DNA from: Girardia tigrina
Taxonomy: Eukaryota
Length of the DNA stretch: 63,349 bases
Direction of reading: 5' to 3'
NCBI GenBank assembly: GCA_001938485.1
Contig: MQRK01218556.1
Span: 51,028 to 114,376, forward strand
Position 1 is the stretch's first letter, and each line of letters begins with the position of its first letter. This document shows, in pieces, positions 51,481-63,349 of the stretch. Position numbers and translations under genes: made by a program. Under the pieces are notes generated by a model. It had not been told where the DNA came from. It did not search any database and saw only the letters and a program-made list of their open reading frames with translations.

Positions 51481-51815
51481 AACTCAATTAAAACAGAGAA
51501 TTTTGTATGAAACTTAAGTGATATTATATAATATTATATATAAAACCCCAGGAATTAGAGGTTACCATAAAGGATTCATAACAAGGATTCATATGAAGAG
51601 TTAAGGATGTGTTAATAATATTCATTTTGAGAAAATATTTCACAAATAAGAATAAATAATTAAAACTAATTATATTGTCAATATTAAAACAATATAATCT
51701 CCGACAGGTAAAATATCATAGCTAATTAGTAATTATTTTTATGAGATTATGTATTTTTTGTGTAGAAATTTGTCTTTTAATGGAGAAAATTGATTAATTA
51801 ATGAAAATTGTTCAG

Positions 51816-51968
51816 ACTGACGTAGAGAATATATACATGAAACAAAAAACTGATAAAGATTGGGTGAATTTCAAAGAAAATGTGATATCCGACGTGATAG
51901 ACTCCCGAGGAATACGACCCGGTCAAGGAAAATGGGGGATAATTACGAATCAAAAAGATATTTACTGA
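51816..51968 (+). CDS. Terminal coding exon of the CNBD1-like gene
   Basis: Acceptor ttgttcag, phase 0 matching the donor at 17523; TDVENIYMKQKTDKDWVNFKENVISDVIDSRGIRPGQGKWGIITNQKDIY*. The WxxFK helix and GIRPGxGKW tail resemble, from recall, C-termini of CNBD1-like proteins. Confidence 0.7.
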   Translation, partial: TDVENIYMKQKTDKDWVNFKENVISDVIDSRGIRPGQGKWGIITNQKDIY

Positions 51969-52734
51969 CAACATTTAATTTATGTCTAATATAACAAATG
52001 ATTCTTTAAGGAAAAATAATGTTAATAGAAAATTTATTGATAATTATGTTGAAAAATATAAAACTTTCACGAATTGCGTGACAATTTCTGGAATGGTGAG
52101 TTGTTCGGCACGGGAGACCATTTTGGCTATGTATTTTATTATTTATTAAATGAATTATTAAAAACTTTGAAGAAGCAATTTAAAAAAATTTATTTGCCTC
52201 TACTGATCTATTTTTATTTTCTTATTTATTTTTTGTTTACATTCTAAATATTGTCTTCAATGTTTTGTATCTTTTTTTGTATATTTTAAACTAAATATTC
52301 ATGAAAATCATTATTCTTAGTAGCATAATACTCTATATTTAAGTTTTGTTCCTGCAAAAGGCGATCCCAATAAAATATGTATTAAATGAACCCAAGTATA
52401 AGTTGAGGTATAAGACTGGGTTCTATGCAACTAAATGGGTACTTATACAATATTTTTATTAATATGATTTAATAAAAATAAATAATACATTTATTTTTTA
52501 AGTTTAACTCGGGTATTCTAATAAATTTGGAGTTTTCATTTCGCATTGTTTTTCTGAGTTTTGACACTTTAAATCTTTAGAAAATTATTCTAAATCTTTT
52601 GTTTGTCACATTTTCAGGTGTACAATCATCTAATGCAACAATGATTACAAAAAAATGAAATTTAGTCTATTTGTACCATATCAGAATCTGCAAAGTAAAA
52701 AATTAGTACTTTTTTCTACTGTCCTTAGTGATAG

Positions 52735-53070
52735 GGTGATGGTTGCTATGGATACTGGAACCGTTACCATGGTTACAACCACCTTGAATCACTGTATCCG
52801 TTGCTAATGAAAAAGGTCCCTTGGTTACCGTTGCTATGGTAACGAAGATCATGGTTAAGATCACCAAGTGAACCGGAACGGTTGCTATGGTACCTAGGAC
52901 CAATCAGAAGCGTTTCCAAGTGAACCAGAACCGTTGCTAAGGTGATCGGAACCGTTGCTAGGTTGATCGCGACCGTTGCTATGGTAATCCTGACCGTTGC
53001 CATGGTAACCGCGACCCTTGCTATGGTAATCGCAACCGTTGCCATGGTAGCGGCCTCCCCCCTTGGAAAC
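52735..53070. repeat. GC-rich dispersed repeat copy 2: array of ~11 RFX X-box-like palindromes plus CCAAT
   Basis: Units start at 52742, 52763, 52800, 52830, 52881 and at exact 21-bp spacing 52933/52954/52975/52996/53017/53038; ccaatcagaagcgtttccaagtgaacc is shared with copy 1. Confidence 0.88.
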
Positions 53071-53639
53071 GCTTCAGGCAAATACGTAAATCACAATACG
53101 GACAACTCGGTGAAGTTATTGTGAATAAACCTTAATACGGTAATCTCTTAATTATTTTGCAAGTCCACTTTCCATCTTTCCAACCCTGCTAGAACACTCT
53201 GAAACACGTTACGACACCTATTACTATCTGTTTTGCGAGTAATGAAGCCTGGAAAAAATTTGTTGAAATTAGAAATTTCGGTAAATACGAATCCATTTGA
53301 AATACTTACAAAAAAAAAGTCCTATCGTAAAATATCGAATTATTGAATGAAAAAAGTCAAATAAATCATCGAGAACGAAATGTTATTTTCCAAAATTAAT
53401 ACGGATAATGTGATTCATCTCAAAAGCGTTTACGATATGAATGTTGATTTAGTTACCGACTCAAACCCGATCAATTATCTCTTCAATTTGTTTTCTCCTA
53501 GGACTGAAAATATACAATTTGTGCCAATCCAACATGAATCAGGCGTGATTATTCAATATCGAACAATCATTTATCATATCGAATTAAATCACGAAAAATT
53601 ATTTTGACTATTTCAAATTCTGTAACACAACTGGCTTTA

Positions 53640-53862
53640 CTACATTTGTAGTGAACACGAATATAATGAAAAGACACATTCTAAGTATTTGTCTATATAC
53701 ATCCTTTGCAATAACTTCTCTTCTCGTTTCTTATTTTCCCACTATCTTTCTTCTGGCAACAACAAAAGGTTTGTGCTCTAATTTTGTCTTAAAGATAGGT
53801 AATACCATCATGGTATTATCGTCCTACTTCCCTTTCAGATACAACTTGATTAACATTCATTC
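53640..53862 (-). mobile_element. FLYWCH-like N-terminus of a decayed MULE transposase
   Basis: MNVNQVVSEREVGR*YHDGITYL*DKIRAQTFCCCQKK...CKG with stops. Confidence 0.35.
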
Positions 53863-56800
53863 TTGAATTAAATAAAATTTTATAATTTTATTTACTTGAA
53901 TTTGGGAAAACAATCAGAATTTTATAAAAACGAGTCATTTTGTTATAGAATGTATGTTATTGTTAAATAATATTTAGTTTATTTGATATTATTATTATAT
54001 ATTATGTATATTTTATTCGGATTCAAAAATGTAAAATTAACAAAAAAAATTAAATATTTCAAATTAAGAATAATAATAAATAATTACTTTACTATTTTAA
54101 AAATTCCGAAAGCATAATTACAACTTCAAAAAAATCTTTTTTAAAATAAAAAAACAGATAACTACATATATAATTAAAACAAGGAATTAGAAAAAATCGA
54201 ATGTATAAAAAATTAAAATTAATAGTTAATGATAAAATATAAAAAAGATGAAATAAAATTAAAATTTTAAAATTTAATATATGAAATTATTTCCTGCAAT
54301 CTGAGGGTTAAGAGAATTTAATAATACAGATTCCTGATAAAATCATAAATTGAAAACATAATTTAAAAATAATAATCAATCATTTATTAATTAATTTTTT
54401 TTCAAGAAAATAATTACTCGCACGCACATAAACAGAGATATTTTCTTTTTTTATAATATAAAACAAAATATTTAATATTGACTTCTCTCAATCTAATATA
54501 AAATAATTTAAATTTTATAAAAGATCACGCATGTATTGTCGTAGATTCTGTGGTGGCAAACGACTGAGACCACAAAAATCGATTGATATTTCCATTGGAC
54601 AGAATTTAATGGATGTTTTAGCAGATCGGAGTCTTATTTAAATGAGGTTTCATAATCGGTGAGGATATGCTAATTTATGAAGTTCGATTCCAAAAAACGC
54701 TACTTTTACGATTTGATCGATTCAATGTCGAGATTTTGAAGTCACAACTCAAACAACTGATCCATTTGAGATGTTCCAGGATACAAAATGATCCGAAGGT
54801 TATAAAAACATTTTAGTATGTGTTTTCTTGAAATACAAACATGTAATAATTGAAGAATTTCAAAATATTCCGTTCAACTCAAAACTTTTCGAGCGAATAA
54901 TTCAGTGCAGATTGCAGAAATAAAGCCGACCTTCAGATACCTTAACTTACCATAAAGTTGTTTGTTTTCATGAGATAATGATGGGAAAAGGTGAGACATC
55001 TCGAGTCCTAAAAAATCAATAATTTTTTTGTTTTCACTGTTTTTATCGAAAAATATCATTCTACTCACAAGACAATCTTAATTTGAATTTAGAATCGCCT
55101 TATTTATCCAATGACAATTTGCTGCTCTGTTTAGTTTATTATTTCGCTTTGCCCGTCCGTCAGTGACGCACAAACGTGGCTATAAAACTTGTATAATTGT
55201 TATGCAGTTGTAAAAATGAATTTTACTTAAATGCACATATGCTCTTTTCTGGTGGAATAATAATTCATTATTTACAACATATGTACCCGAAAATTATTTT
55301 GGGAACCTGGCAAGGAATGTATATATATAATGCATCTTACTTATGACAAAAAAGTTTTTAAAAGAAACTTATCTGAAATTGTTAAGGATGGTTACGATAT
55401 TTTGGAAATCAAATTTAGTTTATTAAAATGCGAAAGTATATTAAAGTGGATTTTATTTTCATTTTGTTTCAAATAAACAACTTTTAATGATTTGGTTTTT
55501 AATTTTTTAATTTAAAAAAGTTATTTTATTCAAACCGTTCACACTTTTATGGGAACCATCGAATTATTATGAAGTGAATCCAAAAGCACTTGTCATAGTT
55601 TCTGAGACCTTGAGTATTGGAAAATAATTATTTGCTGTAGCGATTCAAATAACGAAAAGTGCATTGCAAGATTAATATCCTTTTCTTGACAAGATGTAAC
55701 CGTAAAATTGTTTAACAACAAGTCAATCAGTGCTTGATGTCTTTAAAAGTTGAGTCAAATAATAGGCTTGATTGTAAGATTTTTAGTTTTTTTTACAGGA
55801 AAAGTGATCTTAGATGCGAGCTACCTTAGTGTATATGTTGAGGGAATAACTCAAATTTTATAATTTATATGTATTTGTTGTTTAAATTAATAAATATTGA
55901 CAAATATTTATATTTTTCATAGATGAAATATTTATGATAATAAATATAAAATTATATTTTTTATATAAATAAATAATGCATTAAAGAAAAGTTTAAATAA
56001 ATAAAAGAAGAAAGAAAGATAGATATTTAAAAGGAATTAATAAATAATAAATTTAAATTAAAAAATAAAATTAATTAATTAATAATAGACCTAGTATAAA
56101 AGGTCATTATTAATTAAGTTTAAAAGTGCAAAAAAAGGTTTTAAGAGAAGAAAGAGTTAAGAGTTCAAGTTGAAAGAATTTGTTTATTTATTAAAGAGAG
56201 AATTTTCGTCTAGACGACGTCTAAAGAACATCGCATAATTTAGAAACCAAGAAAGTATATAAAGAACAACACAGAGCTAAATACTCAGTGTTGAGTCGAA
56301 AGAGTTCAATAATATTTTAATTGAAATAGTGCAAGATTAAAGAAAGGTTTGAAACGGCAATAACACTTGTTGAAAAACAAAGAATCATTAAAAAGTAATT
56401 GATTAAAAATATTAAATAATTATTAAATACTATATTTTTTATATTCACGCTGTATAGTGTGACTTAAACCTCTAAAATCTTAATCGACCCGAGTTGTCGC
56501 TAAAGGCTCTCAGAGTTCAAATATAAAATCGGCCAGGGGCCAAATAAAACTTTGTTCTTTTTAAATACCTTGACTTATTAAAAATTGTTATAAATTGTAA
56601 ATATAAAAATATATTCTATAAAACAAAATCAGAGTTTTTATCAGTCTTAAATAAAAAACACAACTAACACCCAATATATACAATAGGAGAAGAGAATCAA
56701 GGTGGACCTTCAGTACTAAGTCATGAGTGTACTAAATAAAAAACTACTATACGTATTGCGGCAAATCTCAAGGTTACCCCGAAGACAAGACAGTGGTATT

Positions 56801-59015
56801 AATACATTGCTTCTAACGAATTTAAATTCTGACATTTCGTGTTTGTTTTGGGCCCATTTTATTGTATTACTCATTGAATAATATTTTTCTATCTTTATTC
56901 GTTCAAATAATTTTTTCAGTAATTTTTTGCATTGGAATCAGCAAAATTCGTAATACAAAATATAAAATCAGTAATTGTAATTTAAATTCAAATAACAGTT
57001 CAATAATAAAGTTACAAATAATAAAATGTTCTAAAATCAAAATTGTATACGCATTCGACAAAATCTTATTTAATAAAATGATCAAAATCTCACAATCGTA
57101 AGAATTTCTGAAAATAATTTTAAATGTAAAATGTTTCAATAATTCAAATTCGTAAAATCGTTTCAATTATTCGCCAATTATTTTTTTCTAAAATAGTGAT
57201 TAAAACAACGGCAAATTTAACCAAAATTATTTATAATGCTCTTTATCGATAAATTATAGAAATATCTCTTGATAAAAGCGCTCTTTTACAAGCATAAATT
57301 AGTCAGACTTTACATACAATTCTGTGGCGTTCATCTCCATGCCACAACAGAAATCCAAAAAGCCTTACAGAAAAATAGTAACTGCTTGCTTTAACTGCCA
57401 CTAAAAACAATCGTTTAAAAAACATATCTAAAAATGGAAATTCTAACGTGGAGACAAAATATCGTCGAAAGATAAATGTTCTTGTGTTACTTTTTCTTCT
57501 GTATTTACTTCCGATAAATAGTATCAAAGGATTGAACCTACAATTCGCAAAACGACCTTTCCCACGGCCCGAAATACTCCTCGGGACAAATCAGGTTTAA
57601 CTTAATCCTTTGATTAGATCCTCAGATAATTTAGGACGAGTTCCTTCTATCGACCCGACGATGGACGTTGCTTAATACAATCGTAATTTCAATAACGTGT
57701 TTTCACGCAATTTTGGTACCAAACTTGCTCGAAAACTGGAATTATAAAAAATTAAATGATCATTACAAAAGTTTCCTAATTTGACAAAAATTCTGACTTG
57801 AATCGTCTTTGGGCTAGTAGAGATAGAAAAATTTATAAATAAATATAACAATATATAATTTATAATTTAAATTCCGAAACAATACGTCTCAACATTTTGC
57901 AAATTTGTAATAAAAAGATATGTTTAAAAAGAAAGTCAATTTTCAAAATTCATAAATGTATATATTATTTAAACGTAAAATATTCAAATTAAAAATTCAA
58001 AAATTTTATGTACTTTTTCATTTAATTAATTTGTCCCGAGAAATGAATGACCTTTGAGAAACAAAAATATTGATGTGTACAAAACAAGGAAAAGATTACA
58101 ATTAAATTATAATATAAAAATATCCTGTATCAAGCTTCATTTGACTTACAAAGTGACTCTCATTTTCGTCACAGACAAATATCATAGTGGAAGAACTTAT
58201 AGAAGACACTTTATGTTTATCACGAACCATTTGTCAGAGACCAACCGAACCGGATAAAATAATTCATTTTATTTTCTGTTAAATTGTGAAAAATTGAAAA
58301 AAAATCTCATAACTTTAACAAAAACTTTTGTACTTTTTATATTATCAAACTGAATAGACAAGATGAAAATGTGACTAAAAAGATTCTTCATACAATCCAT
58401 AAAAATATCAATTTTATTGTTTTGAAATATTAACATAATAATTTAAATCAAAAAGGTCAAATTAATTTCTTCAGCTTTAATATTTCATATTCAGTAGATC
58501 CATGTTTAAGTAAGTTTTTACTAAGACCATTCCATCTTACTTAAAAGGGATTACACCAGGACAAAAGGAAAACAAGAAGAGTGTAACAATTCTAGTGTAT
58601 CACCAAATGGGGACCACAGAATTTATCATTGCATTGTGAAATAAAAAACTGTTTTTGTTTCTGAATCATAAATATTATTTTTGGGCTCTTTAAATGTTGG
58701 AAACACCAAAAAAAAGTGCACAATCATTTCTAGAATATATTGAAATAATTGTGTTACATATTTTCAAAATTTTCAACATTTTTCACACAATTCACCTTCC
58801 TCAGATATGTATAAAACATTCCAGGCTATACATGAAAACTGACGTTAAAATATTTTTCCTAGCCGAAAACCTTTGAGGATTGCGCTTCTCTAAGAAATAA
58901 ATACCCTTACCGGGATTGTCTTATGGTTGTATGGAAAGCTAACATTTTAATACTTAAAGCATTACTTAAACACATGTTCGTGCTACTTTTATACCTTAAT
59001 ATGTATAAATGTGTA

Positions 59016-60400
59016 CAGGGTGTGTCATAAGTCCTTACGAGTTAAAAAATACGAGTTATGTGACTAAAATATGGGAATAATTAATTTGAATAATTAATTA
59101 TGTACTTGTAAATTAATAGATTAATAATAAATTGTAATTTAGTAATTTGGTTTAAACCCTAAACCTTTGTTTATATGCATTATTTCGTCATCATATCATC
59201 ATATCATTTCATCATATCATTAATTCAAATTTTCTTTTGCAACATGACTGATAGCAGTCCTTAATCTTTGGAAAATCGTTTAATGACTGCATTCTGGTAC
59301 CAAAAATATGGCAGTACTGTGACTGGAGTGAAGAATATGAAGAGAAAATTAAGGAAAAAAATTTGAAGGCGAGCCTCCAGATACCAGAGTTATTCAGACA
59401 TGGGAAGAAAAGTGATATCAGACAGGTTCCATTCTCGATTTACCTCGAGGTGGGCGTCCCAAGGAACGAGGTGATGAACAAGACAATGGGGAACAGTCAC
59501 TACAAACGAAACAATATTTGTCTATACGGTAGCAAGCTGAAAAACTGGATATCCCTACAAAGACACTTCACCGCATAGTAAAAGAAGATCTGGGTTACAA
59601 GTGCTGGAGGCCAACGAAGGTGCAGTACCTCAGTGAAGAAGACCATTTTACTCGTGTGTAGTGTTGCCACCAGATCTTGGCGAAATATGACATCAACACA
59701 AGACGCAGCAAGCTTTTCTTCACAGATGAATGTGCCGTGTACGCTGAAGGTCAAGGTTAAATTATGATGTCGTTTTGGTCCCAGAAAAAATCCTTATTTT
59801 TGGGAACAAGTGCAACAGCACCAACCATCTGTAATGGTTTGGGCTGCCATTTGAGATTCACATTTGATTGGACGGTTCTTCATACATGGATCTGTTAGAT
59901 CTGCGTCTTACATCGACATACTAAAGTCAAAATCCGTTCCTGCTTTTTACAACGTAAAGACATTCTCCTGTCCTCTCACTTCCAGCAGGATGGCGCGCCT
60001 GCTCACACGGCTCACGCAACAAAAGGCTTCCTTCAGCAGACTTTTCAGGACAGATGGGTTGGCAAATACGGACCAACACCTTTTCCTCCACGGAGTCCTG
60101 ATTTGATCTCCTGCAATAATGCCCTGTGGGGCATTCTCAAATCAAAGATATTGGCTCACAAAGCTGCCAATGTCGACGAGCTGAAAGCAGCTATTACAGC
60201 TGCATTTCTTGACCTCCCTCGAAATCTACTGGAACAAATCAATACGCGTAACTTCCGGCGTCTCCACCTCTGTGTTGCACATGATGGTTTATAGGTAGAG
60301 TCATATGACATTTGATTCCTGCGATCATTTGGTGTTCAATAAAAGTTTTTACCTTATTACCTTAAGTTGTTCTACTCTTAGGGACTTATGACACACCCTG
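59016..60400 (+). mobile_element. Full-length degenerate Tc1/mariner-superfamily transposon
   Basis: TA|cagggtgtgtcataagtcc ... ggacttatgacacaccctg|TA; FFTDE, VMVWAA, FQQDGAPAH, FPPRSPDL and LWGILKSKI motifs with frameshifts. Confidence 0.93.
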
Positions 60401-60689
60401 TATGATTGCTTAATCGAAAACTTGTGTAGAATGGTTTTATTACAATATATTGCTGCTACTGATTTCTTTACATATTTCATTAATTCATCAATTATTCCAA
60501 CGACTAGCTAGAGTTATTTCTCTCTCTGTTTCCTCAAACAAAGCATTTAAAACTATCGAAACATTCACCAAAAAGCTTTTGCCATGTGTGTGAAGAATTT
60601 GTCTCATAAAGCAAATTTCTCTGAACAGTTGCACTAGTGTAAAAGAATAATAGTTGAAAATCTATTTGAACAACAGGAAAACATTGGGT

Positions 60690-61170
60690 TTTCCGAAAAT
60701 TTTGTGAACTGTTGTTCACTAAAGAAAGATAACTCAGTTTCTAATGGGAGAAGAAGTACGGTCAGTCATCAACTACATGCCGTCATTGTCAGATCGACGT
60801 AAAAAGATTTCACTATCATCTCAACAATGAATGTAGTATTAATCTCATCCTAAAAGTGGCTTTAAAAAAGTCCAACACTAATCTGCTTATATCCACATTA
60901 AATCAAGAGGATTTACTGGACGAAAGCATCCAATTATTTTCCCAGAAAGCGGTATTGCAAATCTTTTGTATTCTTTATTTAGATTGTATTATTTTAATTA
61001 CATCATGCGCCACGTCAACCAAAGAAGTGTATATGGAGGTTCTGAATAATCATGTTAAACCATTGATCGTCTCAAACTACACAAAAAGGCCAAAATCATG
61101 TTTCAAGAGTACAGTAACATTATGCCAACTTTACCTTAGTTCACAATTATCTTGGAATCTATCATCGTAT
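60690..61170 (+). mobile_element. Decayed maT/Tc1-like transposase fragment
   Basis: EVYMEVLNNHVKPLI and flanking broken frames. Confidence 0.4.
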
Positions 61171-61393
61171 TAATCATCAATTGGAAATGTACATATTAGA
61201 AAAGTACAACCAAACAAATTGTTTAAAGATTTGCCTTTTCTTGATGCTGTAATTACTGCTAAAAGAAACACTTGGATTAGTCGGATTTTCTAATCAGGCA
61301 ATAATTTTTTGACTTCTTCCTCTTTCGGATTCTGACTTAAGTAACATATTGTATAAACGTTACAGGTTGTTCTTTAATCGCACCTTTTATATA

Positions 61394-61906
61394 TAGGGTT
61401 GCCTCATAAGTTTTGTCGCACACATATATCATATCTGTTGATGAAATTCTATTTAGAATCAATTTAAATGTTTTGTTCTGATTTTAAAGAAGAATATTAA
61501 TCAACAGACAACAATTTGCACAATTCTAGAATGTATTTGAAATGTTTTTATACATTTAATAAATAAGCTGAATGCACTTGGATTCACCGTACTACCACAT
61601 CCACCACACTCCCCCCAATCTCTCACCATCTGACTACTATCTATTCTCTCCAATGAAATGTGCACTAAGAAGAAAAAATTATGCCGGTGTCAACGATATC
61701 CACAAAGATCTTCTACATTGGTTTGACAAGAAACCGCGTGATTTTTTCCAAAATGGAAAAAAATACATCCTGGACGTTGGCTGAGATGTATTGAGCATAA
61801 TGGCGACTACTTTTTGCATTTGTATGACGTGGACGATTGATAAAATATTTGATATTTTATTGTATTTTGGTGTTTTTTTTGCGACAAAACTTATGAGGCA
61901 ACCCTA
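61394..61906 (+). mobile_element. Internally deleted mariner (513 bp, MITE-like)
   Basis: Perfect 27-bp TIRs tagggttgcctcataagttttgtcgca with TA TSDs; retains only the C-terminus HPPHSPNLSPSDYYLFSPMKCAL...RW. Confidence 0.93.
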
Positions 61907-63303
61907 TATTAATGTAATTATTTAGTCTATAAAACTTATCTATTCTTGTTTTACATTCATAGAACAACTCTTTGATCTGGATGATACATATGTTGGCAGT
62001 ATTGCAGAGCAGAAAGTATATTTGTGACACTACATTATTAATAAAGAAATATTTTAACACGAATATTATTTTTTTCTTTTAATAAAATTAAATTTTCCAA
62101 ATTTTGTGCCGTGCTATTTTTGTTAAAATATATAATAAATTAAATTTTGAATGATCTCATTTATGTATCTCTTGTGACGAAGACAAATAAATGTCACTTT
62201 AAGATTTTCTTGGGTATTTACTCAAAAAATGAAAGTCAAACATTCAAGGAAAAAGATTTATACTAAAAAGTATCAATATATTTATAAAAATAATAACATT
62301 AATTATAATAAAATCATAATAAAATAAATATTTAAAATTAAATTTATCTTAAAAAAATTATAAAATTTATAAATAATAACTTTAACAATGCTTCTAATTA
62401 TTTTTAATATAATATTAATTATTGTTTTTTTTTATAAATAATTTATTTTAATTTATTTCAAATTTAAATATTAATAATAAAATGATTAAATTCTTAACAA
62501 TGGATCTTTTAATTTTAATTACAAAATGTTTAAAATTAATTATTTTTTACATGAGCGATTAAATAATAATCTCATTTCGTGTTTTCTGAAAAAAATCATT
62601 AAATTTGATATATTTTCTTATAAATAATATTTTATTATTTATTCATTTTATATTAATTAAAAATATATTTTTGAAATTTATATTTTCCTGTGTAAAATTA
62701 CAAAATTAAAATTTTTATTTTATAAAATACATAAAAATGTAATAAAAAGATTTTAATAATGAAACATGAATTTATTCAAATTCGTAACTAATAAAATGAT
62801 AATTAAAATTAAAATTTATAAAATTGTGCAAATTTTTGATATTTTTGGGGGGTTTTCTTTTTTTTGTTTTATTTTACTCTCGACAGATATATTTTTGTGA
62901 GTCGTTTTCTTTTCTGGAAGTTCCACTGGCGGAATATTTCGAAATTCTTCGTTTTTCACTATTGTATTAGACTCATTTTGATTATTTTCAAAGGAAATTT
63001 TCTTTGGAACTCTTTTCAGATATAGAGCAAAACTAAAATCAATATTTTATAATAAATAAAATAAAATAAATATAAAGTTTATGTTAAACTATATATAATT
63101 TAACACATATATATTCTATAACAAAATGACTCGTTTTTACAAATTACGTGTCTTTTCACAAAGTCAAGGAAATAAAATTATTAAATTATTATTTCGCTTC
63201 TGTATAAAATCTATTTTAATAATAATTAATAGTTGTTCATAAACTAATTTTTAATATTATATGATAATTATAATTTTATCGATTTTGCTTTACAAGTTCT
63301 TAT

Positions 63304-63306
<3 letters not shown>

Positions 63307-63349
<43 letters not shown>
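63307..63349. repeat. (TA)n microsatellite (others near 2166, 27720-27800, 30276, 31535, 36589, 37558, 39545, 42798, 47237)
   Basis: Direct inspection. Confidence 0.95.

Larger units (their letters stand above)
17523..51815 (+). other. ~34.3-kb terminal intron of the CNBD1-like gene
   Basis: GT at 17523 and AG at 51814-51815 join phase-0 exons; no further in-frame host exon recognised inside. Confidence 0.65.

Noticed and set aside
52933-53058. CRISPR-like appearance of palindromic repeats
   Set aside because: Eukaryotic context, 7-bp related linkers rather than unique 30-40 bp spacers, and no cas genes.
52703-53124. ORFs with MATVAITIA/MVTATVA heptad-like repeats (also 6847-7195), resembling antifreeze or repeat proteins
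   Set aside because: They are translations of the 21-bp palindromic DNA repeat, open on both strands, with no splice or codon support.
55990-56600. Possible LTR remnant (tataaaagg, purine-rich tract)
   Set aside because: No TG..CA ends, TSD or partner LTR identifiable.
57300-57830. GC-richer stretch with partly open frames on both strands
   Set aside because: In-frame stops and no recognisable motif; could not be assigned.

Overview
Very AT-rich, repeat-dense eukaryotic genomic DNA with assembly gaps. It is probably from an invertebrate animal; the element mix is consistent with a flatworm such as a planarian, but this cannot be proven from sequence alone. One host gene can be reconstructed on the + strand: a multi-exon cyclic-nucleotide-binding-domain protein (CNBD1-like, about 470-480 aa). 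Its exons run from ~793 to 51968, and its last intron (17523-51815, ~34.3 kb) is filled with transposons. The rest of the window is transposable elements: several mariner and Tc1-like elements (some with perfect TIRs and TA TSDs), two hAT elements, MULE remnants, piggyBac- and pogo-type MITEs, an RTE-like LINE with C-terminal C2H2 fingers, an LTR-like CpG-rich fragment, and many Penelope-like elements whose terminal repeats carry minimal hammerhead ribozymes. Most notable: (1) a dispersed repeat, found once in an intron and once just 3' of the gene, made of RFX X-box palindromes (GTTGCYATGGTAAC) phased at exactly 21 bp plus a CCAAT box; (2) several distinct hammerhead motifs; (3) a WD40-like host gene fragment inside a nested hAT element.
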